Shown: one piece after another, positions 36,701 through 50,759 of the stretch
How the letters are laid out: the number at the start of each line of letters is the position of its first letter
Position numbering within the stretch: the first letter of the stretch is position 1
Assembly: GCA_034780895.1 (NCBI GenBank)
Contig: JAUZTB010000057.1
Coordinates: 23,209,451 to 23,273,450 of the forward strand
Length of the DNA stretch: 64,000 nt
Direction of reading: 5' to 3'
Origin: Rhynchobatus australiae
Lineage: Eukaryota
The notes under the pieces: generated by a model
What the model was told of the DNA's origin: nothing
Seen by the model: the letters and a program-made list of their open reading frames with translations, nothing else
Databases searched by the model: none
Program-made: the position numbers and the translations under genes

Positions 36701-39700
36701 GAACGTGCAGAGTTGAGTTTTGCTCAGTCTGACCCAACATGACTTAAGAGTCTGGGAATACTAAGTACGAGAAGAGGAATCTCCTATATTCAAATCTTGC
36801 TTGCTTTTTTGAGATTGAGACTTGCATTTTTAATTCAATTTCTGCTATTTTTACCTGCCCATTTTGATTCCTAATCAGTAGTTTGAGAAACCTGGAAAAA
36901 CCAATCACATCAACATTGTAGTAATATCATAGTATGTTTGCCAATGGGGGTTGTTTTCTGAAAAATAGGCNNNNNNNNNNNNNNNNACTCAAACATTGAT
37001 TCAAGTGGTTTAAAGAGCAAACTTATTTATTGCACAGGAGTCAAAACTGCACATTAAAACTCTTGGTCACTTCATAGTTTAATGATTGTCTTTAAAATCC
37101 AGTGGAAGGTTACAGATCCATTTTTTTTACCTCACATGAATGCAATTTCACCCCATAAATCAAACATAAATGAAGAAATTAAATACACTTGTAATAATCA
37201 AAAATGTGCAACATGGTAGGAGATTATTTGGCCCATTGTGTCTTTGCCAGTGGAAAAGGAGCCTGTGCCCTACCTAATCTCACCTTCCATATATCTGCAG
37301 GTCATGTTTCTTCAAGTACATATCGAAGTACTTCTTTTAGTACTTTTAATTATTACAGGTAGTCCATACTCAAGGAATAGGATCAGAAATAGAATATTTA
37401 GCAGCGATAGGCTACATTTAATTCAGAAATACCTCCTACGATTCTAAGGAGATGGAAAGTGTTTAAAAAATAATGTATCACCCTTTTCACAGAATTTCAT
37501 GGTTTTACAGTCATGGTTTAAGAAGATTGTGGGAATGCACTTGGAAGTAATTTGATTCATAGGGTGAAATTGCATTTAATCAACACCTCAACCACCAATG
37601 AAAAGACAAACATTCAACCCAAATGAGTAATGATGTCAAATAAAATAATGCCTGAATGGTTTAGAAAGGATAAACAACTCAAACAAAAAACTTTTGCGTT
37701 AAATTCAGCGAAGCTTCATGTACATAATGCATTGAGAAACCTGCCAACAAGAATTCTAAGGAGTTTCTGAATGATCTATTACTATTTTGAGGTTGTTCCA
37801 ACATTTAAATAGTGTATTTTAGAACCCATCTTGTGCAAGGAAGTCAAAACATTGTAATAACCTGAACTTGAACAGCAATAAAAGTAAATTAATATACAGC
37901 TAAAAGCTTTTGGATCTGCTTCATTACACATTAATTTTCATAATACAACAGAAGAGCTCAATGTCATAAGAAGGTGGATACAATATTGTATTGTTTACAA
38001 ACTCCCTGTTAAACATATAGCCAACTACCAAAACAGCAATCTGTTGGAATGTTCCTTCCTCTACGTGAGCACTAATGGCTTTAAAACTTTTAAAACTTTA
38101 TTTACAGCACGGCAGCAGGCCCTTCCGGTCGAATGAGTCCATGCCGCCCATTTCAACCCATGTTAACCTACCCACACATCTTTGGAATGTGGGAGGAAAC
38201 CAGAGCACCCGGAGGAAACCCACACAGACACGGGGAGAACACACAAACTCCTTACAGACAGCGACGGGATTTGCACCCCGATTGCTGGCACTGTAATAGT
38301 GTCACGCTAACCGCTTTCTCAATCTATGTAAAATAAGTTTGTCATCTAAGGATCCTTGGACTGAAATGTTAACTGTTTCTCTTTCCACAGATGCTGCCCG
38401 ACCTGCTGAGTGTTCCCAGTGATTCTGTTTTTATTTCCGTTTTCGAGCATGTTTTTACTGTCATCCTCAGTTTTAAGTTTAGAAGGCTCAGTTTCAGCAG
38501 CCAAGCCACCTCCGAAAAGTTAGATATTCCACATATATTTCCAGGTTAATCATTTTCTTTTTTTCATATATTTAAAATATATGACAGTTATGATTTTGAA
38601 TCTGTTTTTTAATTTTCTTTGAGTGGCAGTAACAGAGCCTTATTTATGGTTCCTCCTAGTTTCACTGAGAATATGGGGGTCGACAATCTGTTTAATTACC
38701 CTTCTTGAGGGAAAGTGCTATTGAAATAGGTTTGCTGAGCTGCTACAGTTTTGTGGATTGAACACACTGTGAGCACATTGTGTGAATGGTGGAGATGGTA
38801 AATACTGAGTTCAGTAGTGAGGTTACTGATCAAATGAATTGTTTTGTTCTGAATGGTGTCAAGTTTCATTGTTGTCGCATGTTGCAATGACATCCTCCAA
38901 GTGATCGGTACTTCAATAGATTTCTAATTTGAACCTTGTAGATGGTGGAGGGGAATTGAGGGAAAGGACGTGAGTCTCTTGTCATGGAGTTCTCAGCTTC
39001 AATGCTTCAGTTACAATAGGTGATCCAGTTCATGATTGATGGTGACTACTGGGATATTGATGGCTGAAGTCTTAATGTTAACGGTGTACGATGTGGAGTG
39101 ATGATTGGTCATGGTGGGTCATTGTAGATGGATGTTGATGGTTGGATCTTTTCTTATTGGAAACACATTTTTAACATGTTCAAATCATATCTATGTGTAT
39201 TAGTGAAGCCAACAAGTTTACAGATGGAGCCTGCTAAAAAACAGCCAACAAACAACCTTCAATAATACTCTATCACAGTAATTATAACCACAAATACAAC
39301 TTTTACTTGCTAGTTCTTCCTGTACTTGCATTGTGTTGCAACCCAGGTACTGTATATATAATCTTCTTTGGCAGTCACTTGGAATCAAAGATGATTTACT
39401 TCTACTGCAGTTTTGTGGATCAACCTTGCAATGATTGCAAAGGAAAATATGCAGTAATATACTAAAGGCAGATATACGCATTATCCTTCAGAAGTCATAG
39501 TTCAAGTGAAGAGAACAAAAGAAACATCTGGCACTTTACTTCCTGCCTTTAATAACACAGTCTTTCCAAATACAGGAGTCAGGATTTCTAAACATTCACA
39601 TTTGTAACATTTGTATAACATACTTCTATCATCCTTTTGCTTTTCTACAAATAAATTTTCCAAAGATAAAATTCCTGAGGCTGAGTGTATGTAGATAAAA

Positions 39701-40419
39701 TTTAAAAAAAACTAAGTTAAACAGTAATGGATATCTGCATGAACACATCCAGAGATTTTAGCTAACAGCAATTACAATCTACGTCCTTAAAGGAACCAAT
39801 TCACCATAGCAATAAAACACATTTTGTGTTACATCATGTTAATGTCTTGTAATCATTAGCAAATAATTTGACTACTAATAGCAACATGAAGACTGAAAAT
39901 ACCATGGAGTTATTTTTACATAGATCTCCAGAATAAGGTAAAGCGTGATTTTTTTTTCCAGAGCTAACTGGGACAAATCAGAAATCATCAACATCATGGA
40001 ACATTTTCTTATGTTGAGGATGCCTTAGGGATATGTATTTTGTTGAGTCCTTTTTGATACATTCACGGCAAATAGGATATAGATTTTCCTCTGGCTGTAA
40101 TGAGTCCATGGCAACCATTTGATGGAATGTGATGGAGTGATATGCTAATACCTTGGGATTCCAAGGAGTTTAGTCAGAAGCCTTCCTAGAAATCTGCTTG
40201 CAGTGTCATGAAAACAATTAATTAAAGATGCTTGGAAATACAAATGAAAGGAATTGTGTTTAGGAAGCATTACTTATAGGCCTAGGTTGACATTTGATGA
40301 CTTTTATTAATTAGCATGTGATATCTTGGTGTTAATTACTCTCAATAACCTCAAAAATTATTTTTACCTCCAAGTTATTTCTATACTCATGCTTAGTTGC
40401 AACCAATGTCAATATAATG

Positions 40420-40826
40420 TTCTTCTTTGGCAGTCCCTTGGATCGAGGATTACCTGCTCTCACTCCAGTTTTGTAGGTTTTGAGGTGACTAAAGAAGCCA
40501 ATGTGAGAATCATAGACTCCTCCACAGATGGGGCAGGTTGGCAGCTGTTAGTGCGGTTAAGTGGATAGTTGGTGAGGTGAAGTGCTCCTTTTACTACTTA
40601 TGCACCTTTGTATGCTCCTGATGCATGGCCTCAAGTTTCTCAATACTATCCTGAATGCACCTTCTCCACTTTGAAGAGTCAGAGGCCAGAAATTCCCAGT
40701 CAGTGGGGAAGTTGCATTTCTTACGGAGACTTTACCTCTGTCTGCCTGGTAATCTCCTCCCATGACAAAACTCAGAATACAGCAGCTGATTTGGGAATCT
40801 GGTGTCGGGCATGTGAGGAATGTGAG
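40420..40826 (-). mobile_element. RTE-like LINE 3' fragment (short related pieces at about 39360-39440 and 44018-44062)
   Basis: cttctttggcagtcccttggatcgagga...gccaatgtgagaatcatagactcctccacagatg recurs in the window. Confidence 0.55.
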
Positions 40827-41189
40827 NNNNNNNNNNNNNNNNNNNNNNNNNNNNNNNNNNNNNNNNNNNNNNNNNNNNNNNNNNNNNNNNNTCTTGATTT
40901 GTATCTTGCAGGCGATTTCTATGTGAAAATGTGGAATTTTAGTAGAATCCACCATATCAATCTTTTCCAACTGCTTAATTTTTCTTAATATAGATGATTT
41001 GTAGATAACCTGTCATTTGGCCTGACAGAATGATTTTCTCTTTTTAACAAGTGATGGGAGACCAGCAGCCAAATTCAGTAATCAGTAGTTTTATTAAAGG
41101 TTAGCTAAAATTCCCCAATGCTAATAGAAGTAAATTCTAATTTAAAAAGTTGACTTTCAAATTTTGTTTATTAACAGTGATTGATTTTA

Positions 41190-41730
41190 TTATTAGCCAC
41201 TTGTATCCTTGTTATTCTTATACTTGAATATTCCAAAGTGCAAAATGCTGGTCTCTTGCTCTCTAATCCCCATGCATTTGAAGTCATCCAAATGTTGGCT
41301 GCCCATGTCCTAAACTGCACCATCCCATTCAATCATCTCCCATGTGCTCTGTTGATGCCTGGTTAAACAGTCCCTCAATTTCAAAATTTTCATCCATGTT
41401 TTCAAATCCCTCCATGGCTTGCCTTTCCTTCTCTCTCTAAATTCTTTCTGATCTACAACCTTTTGAGATATCTGAACTCCAATTCTGCCATCTTGGTCAC
41501 CCACAAATTTAGTTTTTCCATCTCTGGCTGCCATGCCTTGCCTGCTGACTGCAATTTCTTCCCAAAACCTCTAACTCTCACTCCTGGTCTAAGACTTGTC
41601 TTAAAACCTACTTCCGACCAAACTTTTGGTTATATCATGCTATATGGCTCAGTATCACATTCCTTTCTGATAATATTCCCGTGAAGGGCTTTGGGACATT
41701 TTGCCATTAATAGATGTAAATAAAGTTGTT
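41190..41730 (+). mobile_element. L2-type LINE 3' fragment (related remnants at about 16683-17400 on - and 61500-61830 on +)
   Basis: ttcaaaattttcatccatgttttcaaatccctccatggc...cttaaaacctac...gaccaaacttttggt...gtgaagggctttgggacatttt L2-type tail. Confidence 0.65.
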
Positions 41731-44700
41731 GACATTATTTGAGACATGTTGCAGAATTATTTCAATGACAAAATTCTATAACGTCTTCAACATATGTTGT
41801 CTGACCTGCTGTGTCTAGCATTTTCTGTTTTTATTTCAGATTTCCAGAATCTGCAGTTTTTTAAATTTTCATTTACTAACCATTTTTTTCATCACTGAAG
41901 AAATGATGTACAACTATTGATTATACAACCATTGCAACAGAGGATTTCAAGGGGGGGGGTTCAGAATGAACATATATTATCACTATGTAAGAATCATATT
42001 CATGCATCAACATTCCACAATTAAAATTTTGACTCTACTGATACTGATCTTGTACTCGAGAATCCTCATCTCTATAATTACTGGATTTTGTTATTAACTC
42101 AATCTGCAAAACACAGATAAAAAAATTCCCAGAATTTATCTCCTGAGTGCTCCATAGCATTAAACTGTTGCTATTGAATTATTAGTTGCAACTGCAATGG
42201 TAATTAACTGCAATATAATAAAACTTAATACAATAGTGTTTTGCTTGAACCTTTTCATAACAATTCAATACTAAATTAGAATTAAGCTTCCCAAAATGGT
42301 TCAAGGAAGTGAGAGGTGGGCTTAGAGATGCTGGATATCGAGAGGCCTTGGTATGGTGGGTTTTGGGGGGACAGAGGGAAGATGGATATTGGGAGGGTGC
42401 AGAAGGTTCTCAACTTGAAGGTCTGGCCATATTTATTGTTTTGTTCAGCTTGGAAGTTTGTAATTCCATTAGGAATTTCTGGTTGGCAATGGAGATAACC
42501 AACTCAAGCCCTGCAGTTGACTCTGACTTTAGTGTAATTATGCTGGATATTAGGCTCTATTACCATTGTATTTCTTCTCATCCATTTAAATGGTCCCAAG
42601 CAAGAAATACTGATTTCCCAAGGCTGGACAGATTCAATATATTTGGCAATAGCGCTGCAGTTAAGCAAATGTTCAGGGGGTGTAGATGTGATTAATAGAG
42701 ACCAGAGGAGTTTTAATGGCCAGGATATCTGATTCTTATATTTTTCAGTGCATAATTGAAGGTACACTGAACCTCAACCAGGTTGTTAGTCCAAAATAGA
42801 TGATCTTTACAGAAGTTACATGGTAGTTGACAGTGCATGGATGGAACTCTCATTGTGTTGATTCCATTTGGCACTTTCTTGATTTCCAGTAGCAGGGACC
42901 ATCTGAGGATGCAGAGAAAAATTGTGCTGGAATGCTGAATGCAAAGGAATAGCTCAGCATCACAGTGGAACTGCTGTAGAATCAACGGGTAGGGAATCAA
43001 AGAACTGACAAAGGCTAAGGTGAGCACCCTCTGAGAAGAAAAGCCTATAGGTATTGGGAGTTAATCGAATAAAAGCTGGTGAGATTTCCAGAGGATCTGC
43101 CACATCCACCTCAGTCTTCCCTATATTTAATCGTNNNNNNNNNNNNNNNNNNNNNNNNNNNNNNNNNNNNNNNNNNNNNNNNNNNNNNNNNNNNNNNNNN
43201 NNNNNNNNNNNNNNNNNNNNNNNAATCGTATGAAATTTCTATTCATTCAATTTTGGAATACTCTGACAATTTAGAAAACAGGTATCAAGGAAGTCCTAAA
43301 ATTAAAGTTTCTTAAACTAAGAGAGTCATCATGACCTTCAACTTACAGTTCAATTTTTTTCCAGCTAGCAATTTGTATTGAACACTGTGGGTTCATGGTT
43401 ATATCTCTGGAGAAAGTAATCAAAAGGGAATGCAGCAGAAAGCAACTACAATGAAAACACCAGAAGGCACAAAAAATGGAAGGAACCAGTGCTTGTTGAA
43501 TTAGTGTCCTCCCTGGGTAAAGCATGCCATTTTCATTATAAATTCTGCTAATCCAGAATGTCTGAACACAAATTTTGCAATATTCTAACAAAGGTGTGAT
43601 TTGGCATTTCCAAGCACCACTGACTTTTCCCCTCAATGATTACAAAATATGCTAAATATGTTAACTTTAGTAACTTGTATAGTTCATAAATGTTGCCATA
43701 AATTGCTATAATCAGTCTGAAAACTTCCAATGTCATATTTCACTGTTTTCTTTAGGCTTAGAGACCTTGTTAATTGTGGTTCCACATGTCCATATAATAT
43801 TCATTCACTAATGTAACCCAGGTTCTTTTCATATTGCCAGTTTTCACTTAGAGTGAATGGGGTCAGTGCAGGGTTAAGGTGGATTTCTATAATTGCTGGC
43901 ATTATTTAATTGTCTAAAATAGCCCTACCTCTAGAAGAAAATTCAGGAGATTGTAAACAAGCTGGATGATTTCCTGTGAAAATGTAATTGGGAAGTCATA
44001 CTTATTCATATACCAATCACCTGCCGCATCTGTGGAGGAGTCTACAATTCCCACATTGGCCAAAATTAAATGAGGACCAAATTTCATTACACTAAAAAAA
44101 AGCACCAATGCAACACCATATAAACATACTGTCTGCTGCTGTTACCTATAATGAGGTCCTATTATAGTTCTGATTGTCAAATAACATTTCATGACTTCAA
44201 GTCAATCATTCGTCATTCCAAAATCTCATTTTCATTTTTGGGGCTAGAAGAAAGAGATGAGTTTTGTAAGGTTTTCATAATTTATGAAAAAAATATTTTT
44301 CTTGACTTTGAAACTTAACATGAAGGGTGTAGCATCACAACTTTTCCACACAAGTCAACAAGCATTTTTTGATTATTTTAACAATGAAATTTACTTAAAA
44401 TTCATGGGACTTTTCACTTAAAGTTGACAGGGCTTATTAAAGTTGTATTAACATTTCTACTGTGGAGCTGATCACTGAAGTACATTCTGAGTATTGTTGG
44501 AGCTGCAATCGTCCAGCAAGTAGAGTCTTCCAACTTGTGTTGTACCTTGATGATTATGGAACAGCTTTGGAGAGTCAGGCGTTACTCAACACATGATATC
44601 CAGTTGCTGACCTGCTTTTGTACTGCTCTTTCAAATTTCCAGTCAGTGATGACCTTCTGCATGTTGATAATGGGGTATTTTGCAATGGTGAGGCTATCAG

Positions 44701-45900
44701 AGGAGGTGATAATTTGTCCTCTTATTGGGAATGGTTATTGCCTGGCATACTTGCCACTCATCAACCCAAACCTGAATGTGGGCCAGGGCTTTTGTACGTG
44801 GGCATAGCCGCATCATTAACTGTGGAATTGTAAGTAAATTGACCATTGTATAATCATCAGGGAATATTCCCATTTCTTACCTTATAATGGAGGGAATGTC
44901 ATTGAGAAAGCAATTGATGATAGGGTCTTGAATATTGTCATCAGCAACACTTGTATTACAGTACTAGGAGTTGAGATGACTGCCTTCAAGAATCACAACC
45001 AACTTTCTTGTGCTGGGAATGACTCCTACTGGGGGTGGTTTAATTCTCAATTTTCATTGACTTAAATTTTATATGGGCTCTTTAAATGCCATACTCAGTT
45101 AAATGTTGCCTTGATATCAAATTTTGTGGTGGATGCCAAACAGCTTCTATGGGAAAGTGAAATGGATGGGGCAACTAGTCTCACTCATCACTCAAATAAA
45201 AATTAACCAATNNNNNNNNNNNNNNNNNNNNNNNNNNNNNNNNNNNNNNNNNNNNNNNNNNNNNNNNNNNNNNNNNNNNNNNNNNNNNNNNNNNNNNNNN
45301 NNNNNNNNNNNNNNNNNNNNNNNNNNNNNNNNNNNNNNNNNNNNNNNNNNNNNNNNNNNNNNNNNNNNNNNNNNNNNNNNNNNNNNNNNNNNNNNNNNNN
45401 NNNNNNNNNNNNNNNNNNNNNNNNNNNNNNNNNNNNNNNNNNNNNNNNNNNNNNNNNNNNNNNNNNNNNNNNNNNTTTAATAGTTTGCTGCCAGTCATGT
45501 GACAAAAAATGGAAAATTCATTGCTTTACAAATCTTTTCAATAATAAAACTAAATTTTAAGAAAATTAGCAGCTAAAACTGCTATTTGTAAATTAGACTC
45601 AATGTCAACCTAAATTGAATTTCAACGATAACAGAGACAGATACTGTACAACAAATGCCAACATATTCACAAACTAAATTGCAAATACTTGGGAGACAAA
45701 AAGCAAGTCCCACAACAAAATCTGCATCATTATCATCATATTTAATCCAAAGTACAAAGCGCACAGCTGTAACACTGATGCACATCGTTTTCTTTGTTTC
45801 AAATCTAAATTTTAAGCCAAATTGCTCGGAAAGTTCCATCATAAAGTTAATAGCTGCAGTGGGCTGCAGCATGCATCCACTTCATTCAAGTACTGTTGAG

Positions 45901-45964
45901 TCACCGATGCGTGAAGAATCCCTGTGGGTGATTATATCTAAATGGCTTGATTCGATTAGGACCC
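45901..45964 (-). CDS. THOC5: THO complex subunit 5, last coding exon ([20 protein letters not shown])
   Basis: Acceptor ccctttag at 45965 and TGA at 45903-45901. Matches the recalled THOC5 C-terminus [20 protein letters not shown]. Confidence 0.93.
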
Positions 45965-47048
45965 CTAAAGGGAGAAGGAAGAAAGAGTAAAATCACAAAG
46001 ATTTCGGTACATCTGGGACTTCAGCAACTAATAAAACAAAGTAAATTAGCCAAATTAAAATTAATTCAACATACTTCCTCTCCCGAATGATTAAATGCTT
46101 TTGGTATTCTTAAAGGTTCTCTTTCTCAATCATCCTTTTCCTTCAGGTTTGTGGGCTGCAATAACCCTCTCTCATTCAATTGCTACATTCATTCTAATGT
46201 TATCTAAGCCAGCACTTGCTGGTTGTTTCTATTGTGAGAACACCATTGCAAGATCTGCTCTCATGTGTTCTATAGCAGAGTCATGGTGACTGATAAGAAA
46301 TGTGAACACACATCTCCCTACTCTGCCCAGGTTACTACAGCCACCCCAGCCTCCTCCCCTGAATTCTCTCTTGGAGCACATATTAAATATGCATATAGCT
46401 CTGGTACCACATTCAAGTAGCCATCAACAGTTTCCCCAAATAAAATTAGTAAAATGTAATTGGGAATCAAATCTAGGTCCTTGAAATTGCAGAGTTATTA
46501 TTATACACAAATCTAATCTACACATTTTAGTTCCTTTTTGAAGATTTGATATAGTTCAGGTTTGGAACTACACATACAATTGCTGCAAAACACAAAAACA
46601 GCAATAAATAATGGACTTAACAAAATAAACAAAATGAAAATAGTCTGAAAGTGATCATTTAAATGCTGCTTTTGCAAGCTATTCACAACCAATTTGTACT
46701 TACTAAATAATTAATTCATGCTTAACAAGATTGCACAGTGTCATGAGTTATGCCTAGTTAGGATGGTGGTTGGAAGCTAACCTTATTCACAGCAAAAATC
46801 TGCAGAGTTTCTTCCTATTGTTATCTAGTGATCAGGATTGAAATGTACATTCTTCGATAATCATGATTTGGGCTCACAACTATTACCTATTTCAATGCAT
46901 TACCAGAACCATAATGTGCCCCAAGTGGGAATTTAGTGGAGAGGAGTACATCGGGGTAGATTTTTTAAAATTTAATGTCATTTCCTGAATTGAAGTACTA
47001 GATAATTGGAGGAAATTATTTTATCTAGGATAGATTAAAAAAAATTAC

Positions 47049-47239
47049 CTAACAAGACGCAGAAACATCTTCTCTCGTGGGAATTCCTTTGGCCCTTCCA
47101 CACTGTTATCATGAGTTTCTGTTTCCAGATATACATCCAAGCACATGCATAAACGCTGGACCTGATTCGTCAGCAGCTGATGGCCTGGCTTGGGACCCAG
47201 CAACTCCTTGAAATATACATTAACCTCACCTTCTATTGC
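47049..47239 (-). CDS. THOC5: THOC5 exon ([16 protein letters not shown]...EKMFLRLVR)
   Basis: AG/GT boundaries, 191 nt, phase-consistent; contains [19 protein letters not shown]. Confidence 0.95.
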
Positions 47240-49340
47240 CTGATAAAAAAAGATCCAATAGAAATAGTTAAAGCAAATATAATTGGAACCATTTTCACAC
47301 ATTTTGAATGCTATTAATTTGTAGTTATGATAGTGATAGCAAATACACAAGGCAAAGCACAGTGATGCAATTCAGCTTGCATTCTAACCTTGGAAAATTA
47401 TTATCTGGCAAGAGCCAGTTTCTCATTCTGAAGGGTGCACAGCCAATNNNNNNNNNNNNNNNNNNNNNNNNNNNNNNNNNNNNNNNNNNNNNNNNNNNNN
47501 NNNNNNNNNNNNNNNNNNNNNNNNNNNNNNNNNNNNNNNNNNNNNNNGTATCAGCAGCAAATGAGAAAAACAATATTGGCTGCTGATACATCTACAATTT
47601 ATTTTCACAGTCATTCTACTCTCACCGGTCTCCACTGCACTTACTGACTGCATTTGCTGTCTGGTTTGGGTTCCTGATAATGTGGATGCCTCATTTGTGG
47701 TGCAATCTTTCCCTCTTCTCCCATTTGAAATATCTGAAGTGTTTTTATTTGCCCTAACCATTTATCAACAGCATAGCAGAGCTTTCAGAAATGTGCAGTT
47801 GGCATGTTCTTTACTTCTTTAGTATCTCTAAATAGAAAATTCAAATATTTACATTTTTGATCAGTATGGATTTTCTAGGAAAGCAACAAGGATGCATTTT
47901 ATCCCTTCTACTTTGTTCTTTTCCTCATACTTCATCAGCAAATACATTTTATAGGATCCTGATGCAGAAACAAAAACCGGTTGTACTCTGAAAATGTAAG
48001 TATGTGGTTTTTGTAGCGAACAGCATGAATTCAAATGTTTAACTCATGGCGTAGGAGGTTACCAAGACAGTGATAGTGACTAGGGAGGGGTTGGAACTTC
48101 TGGTAGTGATACACAGCTTGTGGTGGGTTTTGAAAATGAGTCTTAGAATGTTGGAATTGGCAAGAGAGTTTGGGAGGCATGAACAGGGAGTGAAGTACCT
48201 TGAAATGTTGGGGCTGCAGGATGTTCTCACTGTGATAGGATAGGTGAAAATGGAAACACGCAATAAGACTTAGCTGTGCAATGGAGGAAATGTTTTGGAG
48301 AATAATGGTTTATTAATTCTGTTAAAGGTCGAAGAGAATTAAGGAAGAAAATAGACAGCTACCTGCCACACAGAATGTCATTTATGACTTTGATTCTGAC
48401 AGTATCAGTGTTGTGGCAGGGATACATACTTGATTGGAGTGGTTTAGACTTGGTGCAGTGAAAAGTACTGGCATGAATTTGTGAAGCTACACGTTCAAGC
48501 ACTTTGAAAAGGGAATTTGGAGATGAACTGGTAGTTTACAAGGACAGAAAGGCTGAAAGATTTTTCTCCCCACCCCCAAGAGGGAGGTGATGAATTAGTT
48601 CTGAAAGCAATATTGACCGTCTATGAGGAGATACTAAATATTACAGGAGTNNNNNNNNNNNNNNNNNNNNNNNNNNNNNNNNNNNNNNNNNNNNNNNNNN
48701 NNNNNNNNNNNNNNNNNNNNNNNNNNNNNNNNNNNNNNNNNNNNNNNNNNGAGATACTAAATATTACAGGAGTGCTGCAATGAAGCTCAGTGATAGGCAC
48801 TTTGGTGGAGAAGAACCACATTATTGTTTCTCTGCACAAATTTGAAAAGTAAAGTTGCATTACTTAAACACTATCAGATGGATGAGTTTTCCAGTTTCCA
48901 AATGTTGCTTGCAGAGGGCTATAAGCTTGGAAACTGTATGTTAAAGCAAGAAAATTACACTCAACACTGTGGGACTGGGAACTTGGTAAGAATTCCAGCC
49001 CAAAGAAAAGCATAAGCCTATGCAAAGCAAAACTGTTGTAAGAATTTCCCAATGTTTCAGCTCAGTGATTTTTTTGAAAAGCTATTTGATTCAAATTTTG
49101 TCATCTAGTGATTTGAAAATGAATTTAAAAAAATAAAGCAGCTTTTATTTAACTGTAAAATAGCAAGTGAATGTGTTAGTTGATTTCAGAAACTTTTGAA
49201 AGGAAAATTAAAAGGTAATTCTATACTCAGATTTTTATTATATTAAAACTTGCACACTAAATCATGTGTGTGATTCAGACTATGATAGGTTGGCTCCTAA
49301 TCTTCTACATCATAAAACAGTTAGCAACGTAACACCTTAC

Positions 49341-49456
49341 CTTTAGATTATCATCATTACGACTTGATTTCTCTCCCTTCCAATTTAAACATATACTGAA
49401 GATGGGGGGAATGGTTGAATAACCTGGATTCAACACTACAGCCACATGAAGCTTTG
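49341..49456 (-). CDS. THOC5: THOC5 exon ([39 protein letters not shown])
   Basis: AG/GT boundaries, 116 nt, phase-consistent. Confidence 0.93.
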
Positions 49457-50679
49457 CTAAATATATTAAAAAAAAGCTTTTCAGTAAACACAGCAATTGT
49501 TTAATCATAGACAAACTCATCCTTTACTGTAAGTTGCAATTGCCAGAGTTATGTTTATTGTTTCTTACAATTTGGAATTTTTAAACAGGACCATTATAAT
49601 CTACATATGCTCTTGTTTTCTCTCTTTCCCAGTTCTAATGAAAGGTCTTGGATCTATAACATTAACTGTTTCTCTTTCCATAGATACTGCCTGACCTGCT
49701 ATGTGTTTCCAACATTTTGTGTTTATATTTCCAGCATTTCCAATTTTTAAAATTTTCAATATGGCTTTTCATATTTTAATACCACTTTTTGTATTTGCCT
49801 TTGTCCCTCACATACCGAAACTATAGCAGCATTTTGATATTATGGTTACAGTACAGTTCAGTAATTTTGTTGAAAATTGAGAGGCAATTAAAAGATGATT
49901 GTAAAGTGAATTGATAAATAAGATTTAGCCAGGAGACAGATTAATTTAGAACTCTAAAGAAGAATTATTTGAAATTAACGACACAGATGAAAATACTTTG
50001 GAATACAAAAGTAAGGAAAATTGCACAAGATTGCCAAGATTGTACAAATCTTTGGCGAGTTCACATTTGGAGTTTTATTCTTTGTACGTCAGGAAGGACA
50101 TCCTTCCCTTGGAGTGAGTGCAGAGCAGATTTATAAAATTGATTCTTGGAGTGGGGGGGTTATCCTATGAAGAGTGATGGAAGTTTGGCCCCTGTTAGAT
50201 TTTACAAGATTAAGAGATGATCTTATTAAGGTATACAGGATTCTGACAAGCATTCTGTCAGTGGATGACCTGGGGGCATTAGCTCGGGATAAGGGGTTGA
50301 CCATTTAGGACTGATATGAGGAGAAATTCCTTTGGAGTTTTGGAGTTCTCCGCCTCATGAGCTGTAAATGCTTAGGCTGAGGTTGAGAAATCTGGGGACA
50401 CTAATGGGATTAGGTACCTAGTAATTGGGCAGGTAAATGGACACAAGCACAGAATCAGTTATGGTATTAATTGGTGGAGCAGGCTTGAAGGGCCATATGG
50501 CAATATTTCTTACATCCTTATTGTCCAAGTTATTCAAATATTAACTTCATTCATATAAAACTGCACTGTGAAAATTCTCAATGTGTAACTGGTCAAAACT
50601 TTTAAGGTTATGCAATCAAACTAATGGCTTNNNNNNNNNNNNNNNNNNNNNNNNNNNNNNNNNNNNNNNNNNNNNNNNN

Positions 50680-50759
50680 CGCTCTATCAAAGCTGAAAAG
50701 AAGAGATCAGTCTCTTGAGCCATGTCTGCCTCTATGACATGCTTGGTAAAAGGCAGCGC
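50680..50759 (-). CDS. THOC5: THOC5 exon (ALPFTKHVIEADMAQETDLFFSALIER...), 3' end lost in a gap
   Basis: Acceptor ttctgtcttag at 50760. Peptide aligns with recalled [29 protein letters not shown]. Missed by the ORF track. Confidence 0.85.

Noticed and set aside
48628-48773. Direct repeat gagatactaaatattacaggagt on both sides of a 100-N gap
   Set aside because: Typical contig-overlap scaffolding artefact.
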